DNA from: a virus | Taxonomy: Duplodnaviria; Heunggongvirae; Uroviricota; Caudoviricetes | DNA length: 64,000 nt | Direction: 5' to 3' (one strand) | Virus record (IMG/VR): IMGVR_UViG_3300032007_000003 | Span: 96,001 to 160,000 of that record | Shown: positions 19,990-29,914 of the stretch, piece by piece | Layout of the letters: each line of letters opens with the position of its first letter | Position numbering within the stretch: the first letter of the stretch is position 1 | Program-made: the position numbers and the translations under genes | Notes under the pieces: model-generated | Told to the model about the DNA's origin: nothing | The model's input: only the letters and a program-made list of their open reading frames with translations | Databases searched by the model: none

Positions 19990-20083
19990 ATTTTAATATA
20001 TTAAAACAATTATTGTCTTGTATTATTTTACAAATAATAACAAATTATTATGGATAAATCAATAATTAAAACAAAAAAGAGTG

Positions 20084-20788
20084 TTAACCGTTAACACTCT
20101 TTCTTTTATCATTCACATTACCTACTTTTTTCATTGTGCATTCATATAAATCTCCATTTTTTGCTAAGAATCTGAAAGATTTACCGATTGATATTGTATT
20201 TACCTCATTACCATCTTGCCTTCCTTCAGACACAATCTTCTTATTAAGGGAAACAGCATACTTTCTTACAATTTCCTCAACAATTGTCCTAATCATTGGA
20301 TAATCAACTTGAGGTGCTGCTGCATATTGCATCTGTGGTTGAGGTGCATACTGCTGTTGCACACCTTCATTAACGATTTGTCTTACGTTCTGTGGAGGTG
20401 TATATGTTGGTTGCTGTGGTACAGCATCCATCATTCCTTCGGTAAGGAATGAAAGGTCACGATTATCACCGCCACCAAATGCAGCATATAGGTCTGATTC
20501 ATCAATTGGATTAGACATAAACGCTTCTCTGATTGCGGCTGGTACGTTTGCAGCATTTTCACCCATTTGTCCACCGAATGAAGGTGGTGCTTGGGTCTTC
20601 CTATTCCTAGCTGTTGTCATCAAATCACTAGTTAGGGTATCTCCATTAAGTGACTCATTAATTCCGTCCTTGTGTCCTGCTGCAATTTTATCAAGAGTGC
20701 CATTTGCTTCTAATTTCATGAGCTTTGCTGCTCTAGACATCGATTCATTTAATCTAGCCCTCTTTTGTTCTTCAGTCATATTTGCCAT
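20084..20788 (-). CDS. Hypothetical late protein (Q/P-rich)
   Basis: ORF in a minus-strand late operon; contains several LNE/INE/LTE motifs. Confidence 0.6.
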   Translation of the reverse strand: MANMTEEQKRARLNESMSRAAKLMKLEANGTLDKIAAGHKDGINESLNGDTLTSDLMTTARNRKTQAPPSFGGQMGENAANVPAAIREAFMSNPIDESDLYAAFGGGDNRDLSFLTEGMMDAVPQQPTYTPPQNVRQIVNEGVQQQYAPQPQMQYAAAPQVDYPMIRTIVEEIVRKYAVSLNKKIVSEGRQDGNEVNTISIGKSFRFLAKNGDLYECTMKKVGNVNDKRKSVNG

Positions 20789-21507
20789 TATCTTCTGTTG
20801 TTATTTAAAAAATCATTTTCATCGAAATCTACTTCGTCAGAATCATAACCCTTATCCATTACTGGTCCTTTTTGTGGCTTTGTTAAAGTCCTTTCAGCAT
20901 CATCAAGGTCAAATAAACGCCAAAAGTCTTCACCTTTTTTTGGAGTATTTTCTATATTCTGCCTAATCATATCATATTTTCTACTATTAGGCTGAGATGT
21001 ATAGACATTTTTCTTCCATTGTTGTGTTACTCTTGGTTGTCCTACTGGACCTTTTGTTGCATTTTGTTGCTGACCAACTTTTACGTCATTTTGGAATTGC
21101 ATTCTTTGTCTATCCAATGGGCTGATAAAGTTATCTAATTTTGCATTATCATAGAATGTACCCATTGTTTTATCACCAGTAAGATTGTATTCACCGAATG
21201 AACTTGGTGGTGCTTCAAAAAATTTCTTGTTTTTCATTGGAATCCAAGAAACGATTCTATCAAGTCTAAAGAATTTCCATTTTGGAGCACCTCTACGGCT
21301 TCCACCACCTTCTTGAAACGCTCTAACAACAGGATAACCTTTCTTCGTTGTACCTATTGCAAAAGGTTTAATGACACGACTACCCTTTGGATTTCCAGCA
21401 TCATCACCTTGTCCGTCATCGTATCTGATGCGGACTTGATATTTGTTTTGGATTGCATCAAGAACAGCATTAAACGCTACTTCTTCATTTAAAAGGCAGT
21501 TTGCCAT
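20788..21507 (-). CDS. WYL-domain protein
   Basis: 'AIQNKYQVRIRY', 'R.IKPFAIG', 'WKFFRLDRI'. Confidence 0.75.
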   Translation of the reverse strand: MANCLLNEEVAFNAVLDAIQNKYQVRIRYDDGQGDDAGNPKGSRVIKPFAIGTTKKGYPVVRAFQEGGGSRRGAPKWKFFRLDRIVSWIPMKNKKFFEAPPSSFGEYNLTGDKTMGTFYDNAKLDNFISPLDRQRMQFQNDVKVGQQQNATKGPVGQPRVTQQWKKNVYTSQPNSRKYDMIRQNIENTPKKGEDFWRLFDLDDAERTLTKPQKGPVMDKGYDSDEVDFDENDFLNNNRR

Positions 21508-21516
21508 GTCTTAATA

Positions 21517-21858
21517 TTAGTCTTTTTCGTTATATGGGTTATAGTTAACCTTCATATTCATTTCATCCAAACGACTCTGAGGTGTGACATTCATACTTTG
21601 TCCTGCATATAGTTCATTAAGTTGGTTCTGATATGTGTTATCAACAATCAATGATTTTAATGCTTCCAACTTTCTCTGCATCTTTCTGTCAGCGAAGAAA
21701 GCGTTGGTCTCAGCAATTGCTTGTCTTGTCTCTTCCTCGTTCAATTCCTTCTTTACATTAGCCTTTTTGATTGAATCAACCCTCTTGTCAACAAGTTCCA
21801 TTCCAATGAGAATGTTCTTTGCTAGCCTATGTAATCTATCATTATCATAACTTCTCAT
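21517..21858 (-). CDS. Hypothetical protein
   Basis: ORF. Confidence 0.6.
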   Translation of the reverse strand: MRSYDNDRLHRLAKNILIGMELVDKRVDSIKKANVKKELNEEETRQAIAETNAFFADRKMQRKLEALKSLIVDNTYQNQLNELYAGQSMNVTPQSRLDEMNMKVNYNPYNEKD

Positions 21859-21884
21859 AATTTATTTATTTAAAACTGAATGTA

Positions 21885-22307
21885 TTAAGTGGTCGTTTTC
21901 TGACCAATTTGCTGACCTACGAAATATTGTCCATCATCTACATTCTTAGTTGTATCAACAAGGTTTGTACCATAAGGATTTTCCTTGTTATATATTGAGA
22001 TTGCCATTGCCCTCTCACGTCCACTGATTCCATTTCTACCCTTTATATCGTAGTAGCCACCACCATTTTCGGTATCGAAATTGCTATAGTTAATCTGTGA
22101 TGTTGGTTTTGTACAATCTGGTAAGAAGTGTGTATGACCGCCATGTAGAGTTCCTTTACCTTGTGCGTCACCGTCACTTACTGCATCTTGGTGAGTTGCA
22201 CTGTATTGATTCTCGATGTTGTAGTCACTACGAGTAATCTCTTGGTGTCTCTCTTCCATGCCTCTCTTTTCAAGACAAGTCTGCCCGTTCTGAACTGTAT
22301 TTGCCAT
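21885..22307 (-). CDS. Hypothetical late protein (partial paralogue of 22364-22765)
   Basis: 'GQTCLEKRGMEER'. Late-type motif at 22342-22350. Confidence 0.6.
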   Translation of the reverse strand: MANTVQNGQTCLEKRGMEERHQEITRSDYNIENQYSATHQDAVSDGDAQGKGTLHGGHTHFLPDCTKPTSQINYSNFDTENGGGYYDIKGRNGISGRERAMAISIYNKENPYGTNLVDTTKNVDDGQYFVGQQIGQKTTT

Positions 22308-22363
22308 ATTCTTTATAAAATTTAAGTAATTTATTTTCTATTATAAATAGTTAATTGTAAATA

Positions 22364-22765
22364 TTATAGTTCTTCAACCTTAGATTTACCCTCTAAAGTT
22401 TCGATTTTTGTATTTAATTTATCTCTTTTCTCTCTTAGTTTGTCCAATTTAGTCTTGTTGGCTTTCTCTTCTTTCTTTTTAGCAGCTTCCATTTGGTCTT
22501 GAACACTCTGGTTAGTGCTTCCAACTGGAAACTCATTCTGAATCATGTATTCGGCATCAACCAATGTCTTTGTATATTGTAAGTCTATCTTCCATTCATT
22601 TCTGTATAGATGCTCATTCCTAGCCTCAATACCGAATCTTTCAAGACAAGTTTGTTTACCACCTATGCTAGCATTAGAAGATGGCTGCTGTGACTTCGTA
22701 CCACCCATTATATTCTCAATGGTATTGCCAATCTTTTTAAGTGTATTATCTATTGTGTTTGCCAT
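22364..22765 (-). CDS. Hypothetical late protein
   Basis: 'KQTCLERFGIEAR'. Confidence 0.6.
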   Translation of the reverse strand: MANTIDNTLKKIGNTIENIMGGTKSQQPSSNASIGGKQTCLERFGIEARNEHLYRNEWKIDLQYTKTLVDAEYMIQNEFPVGSTNQSVQDQMEAAKKKEEKANKTKLDKLREKRDKLNTKIETLEGKSKVEEL

Positions 22766-24149
22766 TGTTCAACTTTATTAATTGTTCTTCAGTTATATAT
22801 ATTTTCTTACTGTTTTTCTTGATTTCTTCAGCAATACGGTCTAATGACTTACTTCCACCGACAACAAATATTGATGATAAATCACCTCTCATATGATAAA
22901 CATCCAATGCTCTGTTAACCAAAACCAATACTTTTTCTGGTGGTAAGTCTTCATTATATTCTGATAATACCTTCTCTAGAGGTTCCATTCCAAAGTCTGT
23001 AAACGCATCAGTTCCATCTGGCATTATCATCCAGTCATCAAATCCTATATAATATAACACATCGAACTCATTTGCAACCCAGAATATTTTACCACTATTA
23101 TTATCTATTTCGATTCTTTGATTCTTTTTTGTTGTGTTAAATTGCTCAATATAACTTATAATATCTCCATACATTTCATTAAATTTAGCCTTGTTTCTAT
23201 TCAAATCTTGCTGTGCTACCATTCTATCAGCTTCATTTTGAGAAATCCAAGGGAAATATGTTTGACCATATTTATCCACCGCTTCATCAATGAATATGTG
23301 TTCACCACCACATAATCTTACAACTTCTTCTGGAGTTATTTCAATTTTTGTCTTTTCTGAATCAACATGTGTTTCTCTATTACTGAAATAAGACTCAATA
23401 AAATCTGCATATTCATCATATGGAAAATAAGAACTATGCCCAGCTATATTGGTATTAGCCCTAAGAATTGCTGTATTTTTCATAATTATTCCCATCCATT
23501 GATAGATATATCTAACAGGAAACGTTGTCAATTTTCCATATTTTGTGAATTCCCTTAAAGCCTTTGCATACATGTCTGGATTAATCAACACACCCCAACT
23601 CTGTTTTCCATTTGGATTTGACATGAACTCATTGAAAACATAGTTTTCATCATATTCATAAATGTAATCATAATAAGGGTGTTCCTCATCAAAAGATTCG
23701 TTTATCTTCCTACTCTCAGTTTTAATCTTAGCTGTTGGTGTACTTTGCTTATTGATTTTTACATCACTAGGCTTAACACTTGCGGTAGGCTTTGGAGGTT
23801 CTATTGGAGATACCTCTGCTTGACTCCTAGCCCTTTCTACAGTTTTCTTGTAGAAATTGTAAGCTTTTTGACCACCTTGCGTTATATCGTTAGGATTCAT
23901 TCTCTGCATTCTTTTCTTTGCATCCTCGACACTAACATAGCTAGTATTCTGTTCCTTTCCATTCAAATTATCATTACCTTTCTTGTTATATGCCTTGGTA
24001 GACGCAAGACTCTTAAGGTTCTTGAGGTTATTTTTGGGCATGACTTTTTCTAGCGCATTATACCATGCACTATAGTATTGTCTATCCTTCAATGGAACTG
24101 GAGCCTTTCTTCTAGTTACCTTTTGTGAATCCTCTAAAAATAATGCCAT
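22746..24149 (-). CDS. Multi-module hypothetical late protein with C-terminal tag
   Basis: Ends 'KKIYITEEQLIKL'; internal 'KINES'. Confidence 0.6.
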   Translation of the reverse strand: MALFLEDSQKVTRRKAPVPLKDRQYYSAWYNALEKVMPKNNLKNLKSLASTKAYNKKGNDNLNGKEQNTSYVSVEDAKKRMQRMNPNDITQGGQKAYNFYKKTVERARSQAEVSPIEPPKPTASVKPSDVKINKQSTPTAKIKTESRKINESFDEEHPYYDYIYEYDENYVFNEFMSNPNGKQSWGVLINPDMYAKALREFTKYGKLTTFPVRYIYQWMGIIMKNTAILRANTNIAGHSSYFPYDEYADFIESYFSNRETHVDSEKTKIEITPEEVVRLCGGEHIFIDEAVDKYGQTYFPWISQNEADRMVAQQDLNRNKAKFNEMYGDIISYIEQFNTTKKNQRIEIDNNSGKIFWVANEFDVLYYIGFDDWMIMPDGTDAFTDFGMEPLEKVLSEYNEDLPPEKVLVLVNRALDVYHMRGDLSSIFVVGGSKSLDRIAEEIKKNSKKIYITEEQLIKLNNGKHNR

Positions 24150-24151
24150 TG

Positions 24152-24400
24152 TTAAATTGTATTTGATGATTTTCTACCACCTACAGCACCCCACTGTTGT
24201 GGAGATTGTGCGTCTGCGAATTTCTCAGTATCCATTGGATTAGCCTTCTTAGGGCTTCCGTCCTTATCAGTTATTGTAGGTTGAAGCTCAACTTTGTCCA
24301 AACCATCATATTCTGGAATTGTACTCGTTCCAAAGTCTTGGTCTGTTACGCTTTCAAATAATCTTGTATACTGAGATTCATTCAAATTAATTATTTTCAT
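24152..24400 (-). CDS. Small tagged late protein
   Basis: 'MKIINLNESQYTRLFES'. Confidence 0.6.
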   Translation of the reverse strand: MKIINLNESQYTRLFESVTDQDFGTSTIPEYDGLDKVELQPTITDKDGSPKKANPMDTEKFADAQSPQQWGAVGGRKSSNTI

Positions 24401-24419
24401 AATACATTCTTTTATTTGC

Positions 24420-24433
24420 TATAAATATTTATA
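24420..24433. promoter_or_regulatory. Palindromic bidirectional late promoter
   Basis: Perfect palindrome TATAAATATTTATA between divergent genes, about 20 nt from each start. Confidence 0.7.
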
Positions 24434-24455
24434 TTAAGCAAATAATGTATAAATA

Positions 24456-26444
24456 ATGGCAAATTTAAAGGTAAACAATTACAATAATCTATATTTGAGA
24501 ATTAACGGAGATGAATATTGGGACTTTTTCGTTAATAAGGATACTTATGGCTCATTTAAGATTAATGATGGTTTGTATGATGAATGTCTTATCTCATACA
24601 TAGATTTGTCAGATGAAGAATGTTTTGACTCTGATAATTGGATATATGGTAAAAGTGGCTATACATGGGATAAATCTTTAGCACTTGGATACACCTTATA
24701 TAATATAACATATACTGGAGTCGATAACGGTCTTTTTACCTATCGTAAAGATAGAATTACTAATAAAGATTTTCTAGAATTATTCCAAAATAATAAACTC
24801 ATAATTGAAGAAAATGACTATAGATTAAAACTTCATGCGGTGAGTGGAAACACGTTACAGTATGATTATCCACTTCATAAGGAAAACGGATATACAAAAC
24901 TTAATGGTGGTTTCTATCAAGGATTTTTCAAAACAGAATGTGATAAATATCAAATTTTGCCATTAGCATTTGAACATGGAGATACACTTAATTTAGAGTT
25001 TACATTGAAAAAATGTGATTTGGAGAAGGAATCTGACAAAACATTAAATGACAAATATCCAGAGAATAAAGGTATATTCTTCTATGTTGGTACTAGAGCA
25101 GAAAATAAGTGGATTTATCTCTATGATAAAGATGATGTAGATGGTCTTGAAGAATGTTATGAGTTAGGTGTAGATGACTTTGTTGAAGATGGAGAAATTG
25201 ATAAAAAAGACCACATAATTGGAAACTTTTATAGTCCAAATCCCGATTTTGATGGGTATGACCCATTTGAACTTGGTGACTACACAAACTACAATTACTA
25301 TGATGATGAGTTATATGCTGACGATTATTGTGATTGGAATGACATGTACGATTATCTAGAGATAGAATCTGAGAAAAAGCCTAAGACTATAGATGAGAAT
25401 GCAAAACATTCAACACTTACTTGGTGTTGTGGTGAAATAAATGAAGACGAATATATACTAAAACCTTGGTTTCGTGGTTGTGGATGTCCAATATCATATA
25501 AAAAAATAAAGAAAAAAGATGAAGACCCATTTGACCCAAATCCATTGAAGATGGGTACTGAATTTGGTGATGATTACATATTCGATACAAGTGAGGTTAT
25601 TGGACTTGATGAAGCAATAGATTATATTGAGGCAGAACTTGATATCACTGATTTTGAATATGAAACAGATAATGGATTCAGAGTTTCTGAAGGAAATCAA
25701 TACTATTTCTATACTGACAATAAGTTCTTATTCTTTGATAGAACAAAAACAGGTAAAACCGTTTCAAATTGGGTTGAAGGAACACAATTTATGTATAGTG
25801 GACGTAGAAGCAAATTCAAAGGTAATTTATTCATTTTAATGAATCGCACAAAGACTGGTTATACAGTTAATACTATTGATGAACTTCGTGACCAATCAGC
25901 AAACGAATATAATCCTTATAATGACTTATATAACAATGCCTTAGCCTTTAGAATCACTGATAAGGGCGAAATAGGCTATAGAATGCTTGTAATGGATTGT
26001 AAAAAGGAAGGAAGGGATAAAACAAGTATTATTGAGGGTTATTCATTTGAAAATGTAATACCTAATTGTGAATGGACAACTGTTAATGTTAAGATTATGT
26101 TTACATTTGGAAAAATGAAACTAATGTTCTATGTGAATGGTAAATTGGTTTACATTACCAAAGACCTTCCAATGCTCAATCTCAAGGCTCTTAACGAGAT
26201 ATACGATAAACAAGAGGGCGTGCCATATAATATATCTCTTGGTGGTGGAACACAAGGACTTGCAGAAACAATTTTACAAAATTATATGTTGAATCCTACT
26301 AGAGTTTATCCACTTGAGAAGAACTTTGCAGGAACCTTCATCGGTTATATCTCTTCGTTCAAGATTTATAACTGCTTCATGGAACAGATGATTATCGAGC
26401 ATAATTTCAAATATGAAAATAATAAATTAAAATTAATAAGCTAA
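24456..26444 (+). CDS. Virion protein with concanavalin-A/LamG-like C-terminal region
   Basis: 'WTTVNV', 'LMFYVNGKLV', 'ISLGGG', 'FIGYISSFKIYN'; acidic central insert. Confidence 0.55.
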   Translation: MANLKVNNYNNLYLRINGDEYWDFFVNKDTYGSFKINDGLYDECLISYIDLSDEECFDSDNWIYGKSGYTWDKSLALGYTLYNITYTGVDNGLFTYRKDRITNKDFLELFQNNKLIIEENDYRLKLHAVSGNTLQYDYPLHKENGYTKLNGGFYQGFFKTECDKYQILPLAFEHGDTLNLEFTLKKCDLEKESDKTLNDKYPENKGIFFYVGTRAENKWIYLYDKDDVDGLEECYELGVDDFVEDGEIDKKDHIIGNFYSPNPDFDGYDPFELGDYTNYNYYDDELYADDYCDWNDMYDYLEIESEKKPKTIDENAKHSTLTWCCGEINEDEYILKPWFRGCGCPISYKKIKKKDEDPFDPNPLKMGTEFGDDYIFDTSEVIGLDEAIDYIEAELDITDFEYETDNGFRVSEGNQYYFYTDNKFLFFDRTKTGKTVSNWVEGTQFMYSGRRSKFKGNLFILMNRTKTGYTVNTIDELRDQSANEYNPYNDLYNNALAFRITDKGEIGYRMLVMDCKKEGRDKTSIIEGYSFENVIPNCEWTTVNVKIMFTFGKMKLMFYVNGKLVYITKDLPMLNLKALNEIYDKQEGVPYNISLGGGTQGLAETILQNYMLNPTRVYPLEKNFAGTFIGYISSFKIYNCFMEQMIIEHNFKYENNKLKLIS

Positions 26445-26445
26445 T

Positions 26446-27099
26446 ATGCCAAGCAAGAGTAAAGCGCAGCAGAGATTCTTCGGAATGGTAGATGCCTATA
26501 AGAAGGGTGAAATGAAGAATGCTAGCAGCAAGATAAAGAAAGCAGCAGATGGAATGCCAATGAGTGATGTCAAGGATTTTGCTGAGACAAAGCATAAGGG
26601 ACTCCCAGAGAAGGTTGATGAAAATATCATAAGATTGACCGAGAACGACCTTCACAGAATGGTGATGGAAGTGGTAAATCGAATGATAACTGAAAGGAGA
26701 GAGGGAGACCATGAATTTGTAAAGGGTAAGGATGGATATTCACAATATTACATAAATCACGGCAATAAAACAGTATCTGCTATACATGGTTATCCAAGAG
26801 CTGGAAAGAACTATGCAAAGAAACATGGTTATGAATATCATGATTGTGTGGATGAATCTGTAGAAATGGAAGATGTACCACAAGACCATATCTTCTCTGA
26901 GAAAGAAATGCAGTGGCTTTATGATAACCAAGACAAGTTGAGTCCAATACAGCAGAAGGTTCTAAATGCTGGAATGTGGGTTCGTGCTCGTCAAGCAAAT
27001 TATCATGGTTACGCAAAGAGGTGGTCAAACATCATCCTTAAGAATGGTGAAACCTATTATTATGAAAGTAACGGAGAAATAAGAAAAACTGGAACATAA
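26446..27099 (+). CDS. DUF3008-like N-terminus plus internal tag and cargo modules
   Basis: 'MPSKSKAQQRFFGMV...VKDFAETKHKGLPEKV' then 'IIRLTENDLH'. Confidence 0.65.
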   Translation: MPSKSKAQQRFFGMVDAYKKGEMKNASSKIKKAADGMPMSDVKDFAETKHKGLPEKVDENIIRLTENDLHRMVMEVVNRMITERREGDHEFVKGKDGYSQYYINHGNKTVSAIHGYPRAGKNYAKKHGYEYHDCVDESVEMEDVPQDHIFSEKEMQWLYDNQDKLSPIQQKVLNAGMWVRARQANYHGYAKRWSNIILKNGETYYYESNGEIRKTGT

Positions 27100-27128
27100 A
27101 AGGGAGTGACTCGTTATCACTCCTTTTT

Positions 27129-27464
27129 TTATTGTATATAATCATTCATCATGAAGAAATCATCAATCACTCCAAGTTTGAGTGCAACCCTATATGCTGT
27201 TTGATTTCCCTTGAAGAATTCTGTCTTGGTATCATACTTTAAAGCCTCTTCCTCAATGTGTTTATAAGTCCAATATCCCTTTTTATGTTGTTTTTGTTTA
27301 ACCATCCAATCCATATCATCGATGTATCCATATCTGTGAGCTGCCAAAAACGCACTTAGGTTGCCTTTTTGGAATTCTTCTTTGGTGTGATATTTCTTGG
27401 CTTCAGCCATCATATTTTCCTTATTTTTCCAGTAATTTTTAGGGTGTTTTATTTTTTTTTCCAT
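27129..27464 (-). CDS. Stand-alone two-repeat protein resembling homing-endonuclease DNA-binding repeats
   Basis: Two 'YW....EA.KY.TK.EF.KGN..A...A...G.ID' units and no nuclease motif. Confidence 0.55.
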   Translation of the reverse strand: MEKKIKHPKNYWKNKENMMAEAKKYHTKEEFQKGNLSAFLAAHRYGYIDDMDWMVKQKQHKKGYWTYKHIEEEALKYDTKTEFFKGNQTAYRVALKLGVIDDFFMMNDYIQ

Positions 27465-27567
27465 TTTTTGTCGGGTTTATATACATAAATACTAATATTT
27501 GGAAAACAAGTTAAAAAAGTTTTATATTTATTATTAAAAATAACATAATAAAATAATAGGTAAAATA

Positions 27568-29889
27568 ATGGCAAACGGACTTTATTACTATAAACTAGTA
27601 AGCCCTTATCCAGAAGATGTAACAAAAGACTGTAAGTTGACTATCAATGAGATTGACAGTAACTTTGTAACTCTTAAGGATAACGACATCAAGAAGGCTG
27701 AGTTTATCAGGGACGAAAAGACTTTAGTCCTTACAAGAAATAACGGTGAGAAGCTTATCGTTAATCTTGATGATGTTACATACAACTTAGATGTTAATGC
27801 TGAGTGTGGTGAGAGTGGAACAACCTTAACCATTTCTTATGATGGAAAGGATGGTAAGAACACCGTTACAATCGCTAACATTCTAACTGCTGACAACCTT
27901 ATGGATATTATTGGCAGTGACATTCTTACAAAGGTTATTACCGATGGTACTATTAAGGGTCATGGAACTATGGATTCTCCACTTGGTATTTCTGGTGTTG
28001 AGAAGACAGGTATGTTGGCTCCAGCTTTAGAAGTGTTTGACCTTACAACTGGAGGTACACTTCCATATGTCGCTAAACTTGGTACAAGATATATTACCAA
28101 GGAATATGTTAACGACTACGGTTATCTTTATAACGGTGCTGGACTCGCAAAAATTTCTCAACGTCTAAAGGATGATTACATCGGTAGAAACACTAGAGAA
28201 GATGCAAGATATGCATGGAGAGTTCCTTCCAAGGCTGATTGGGATGCATTGCTTAATTCAATTGAACCATGTAAATATCGTAATCATGGTTCTGCAAAAT
28301 GCCACGTAGAGCTTGGTAAAGTCGCTGGTAAATATCTTAAGTCAGAGTGTGGTTGGCAAGGTCAACCAGATTGTGAATGCACAATTACAAAACCTAATAC
28401 TGGTTGCACATATGATGAAGAAAACTATGTTGATGATGGTATAATAGGCGAAAGCGATGTTCCAGTAGAGAGACCAGAATCTCCATTTGGTGTTGACAAG
28501 TATGGTATGACAATTCTTCCAGCAGGTGTAGTTACTCTTGATACTTATGGAAGACCACAAGCTGCTTCATTCCAAGAACAAGCAATATTCTGGACAACTT
28601 CACATATATATGGCGATGATGACCAAGATGTATATACAAAGATATTTGATTGGAATAAAGCTGGTGTAAGTCAAGTTGGAGAATGCCCAAAACCATATTA
28701 TTCAGTAAGATTGGTTAAGGATTATAATGGCTCTAACTATTATGACAGTGAATATATCGATGGCATCTTATACAAGACAATATTATTCCCAGAAAGTGGA
28801 CAAATTTGGCTTGCATCTAACTATGCTGATAAGAGTGGTTTCGTTGAGTACGAACCAGGTGGTGCAACACCAGAAATTGTTGAAGTAAACAACGGTGAAG
28901 TTCTTGAGAAGAGAGTTGAGATGTTCATCAATGAGTGGAATGGTCATTATTGGGAGAAGAAAATTATGCATGAGGGTGATACGATTGTTGTTGAAAACCC
29001 ATGCTTCGACCAAGGTACTGGTGCAACCACTAATGTTTGTTGGACTGATAAAGAACATGTACCTCATTGCATAGAGGTTGAAATTCCAAAGGAATCTCAG
29101 AGCAATATCGAATATAGAGTATTTACTGAGGACGAAGGTTGTAACAAGGTTCTTGTTAATACCGATGACCTTGTAGTAGAGAGAATTGTTCAAATTATCG
29201 TTCCAATGCTTCAAAGAGAACGTGAAGAGCGCATCGAAGGTGATAGAATACTTGACGAGAAGATTGATGCTGAAACAGAGAGAGCAGAAGAAGTTGAAGC
29301 TCAACTTTGGGATGCAATAGCACAAGAGGCATCTGCTAGAACTGATGTTGACAACCAATTATGGGATGCAATTGCGCAAGAGGCATCTGCAAGAACTGAC
29401 GTTGATAATCAGTTGTGGGATGCAATAGCACAAGAAGCATCTGCTAGAACTGACGTTGACAATCAGATTTGGACTGCACTCAATAATGAAATTAATGGCA
29501 GACTTGATGTTGATGCCCAGATGTGGGCTGCTATCAATGCTGAAGCAGAAGCAAGAGAGACCACTGATAATTTGTTGTGGCAAGCAATTGAGGATGAAAC
29601 CGCTAGAGCACAAGAGGTTGAGGCACAACTTTGGGATGGCATTAACGGAGAAACCGCTAGAGCACAAGAGGTTGAAAGACAACTTTGGGAATCTCTCAAT
29701 AATGAGATTGAACGTGCAATCGCAAGAGAGGATGAAATTGATGGACAATTGGTTGATTGGACAAAGAACCCATTCACAATGTCAGTTGCGGTTGAAAAAG
29801 GCAAAGATAATCTTGTACTTGAGTCAAAAGATGAGAATCCAGAGCATTTTATCAAGATTAAATTTGATGGAAGTTTTGGCGAAATTTAA
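27568..29889 (+). CDS. Fibre-like protein with Fibrobacter major-paralogous (FISUMP) domain and 18-aa coiled-coil repeats
   Basis: 'YGYLYN', 'WRVPSKADWDAL', 'AGKYLKS..GW', 'DKYGMTILPAG', 'FWT', 'YSVRLVKD'. Confidence 0.7.
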   Translation: MANGLYYYKLVSPYPEDVTKDCKLTINEIDSNFVTLKDNDIKKAEFIRDEKTLVLTRNNGEKLIVNLDDVTYNLDVNAECGESGTTLTISYDGKDGKNTVTIANILTADNLMDIIGSDILTKVITDGTIKGHGTMDSPLGISGVEKTGMLAPALEVFDLTTGGTLPYVAKLGTRYITKEYVNDYGYLYNGAGLAKISQRLKDDYIGRNTREDARYAWRVPSKADWDALLNSIEPCKYRNHGSAKCHVELGKVAGKYLKSECGWQGQPDCECTITKPNTGCTYDEENYVDDGIIGESDVPVERPESPFGVDKYGMTILPAGVVTLDTYGRPQAASFQEQAIFWTTSHIYGDDDQDVYTKIFDWNKAGVSQVGECPKPYYSVRLVKDYNGSNYYDSEYIDGILYKTILFPESGQIWLASNYADKSGFVEYEPGGATPEIVEVNNGEVLEKRVEMFINEWNGHYWEKKIMHEGDTIVVENPCFDQGTGATTNVCWTDKEHVPHCIEVEIPKESQSNIEYRVFTEDEGCNKVLVNTDDLVVERIVQIIVPMLQREREERIEGDRILDEKIDAETERAEEVEAQLWDAIAQEASARTDVDNQLWDAIAQEASARTDVDNQLWDAIAQEASARTDVDNQIWTALNNEINGRLDVDAQMWAAINAEAEARETTDNLLWQAIEDETARAQEVEAQLWDGINGETARAQEVERQLWESLNNEIERAIAREDEIDGQLVDWTKNPFTMSVAVEKGKDNLVLESKDENPEHFIKIKFDGSFGEI
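29302..29475 (+). repeat. 54-bp in-frame tandem repeat (QLWDAIAQEASARTDVDN x3, degenerate to about 29740)
   Basis: Units start at 29302, 29356, 29410 and 29464. Confidence 0.9.
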
Positions 29890-29914
29890 TAATATAGGAA
29901 AATAAATAAAGACG

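Noticed and set aside
29302-29475. CRISPR-like array
   Set aside because: The repeats are contiguous, in-frame 54-bp coding units with synonymous variation and no unique spacers.
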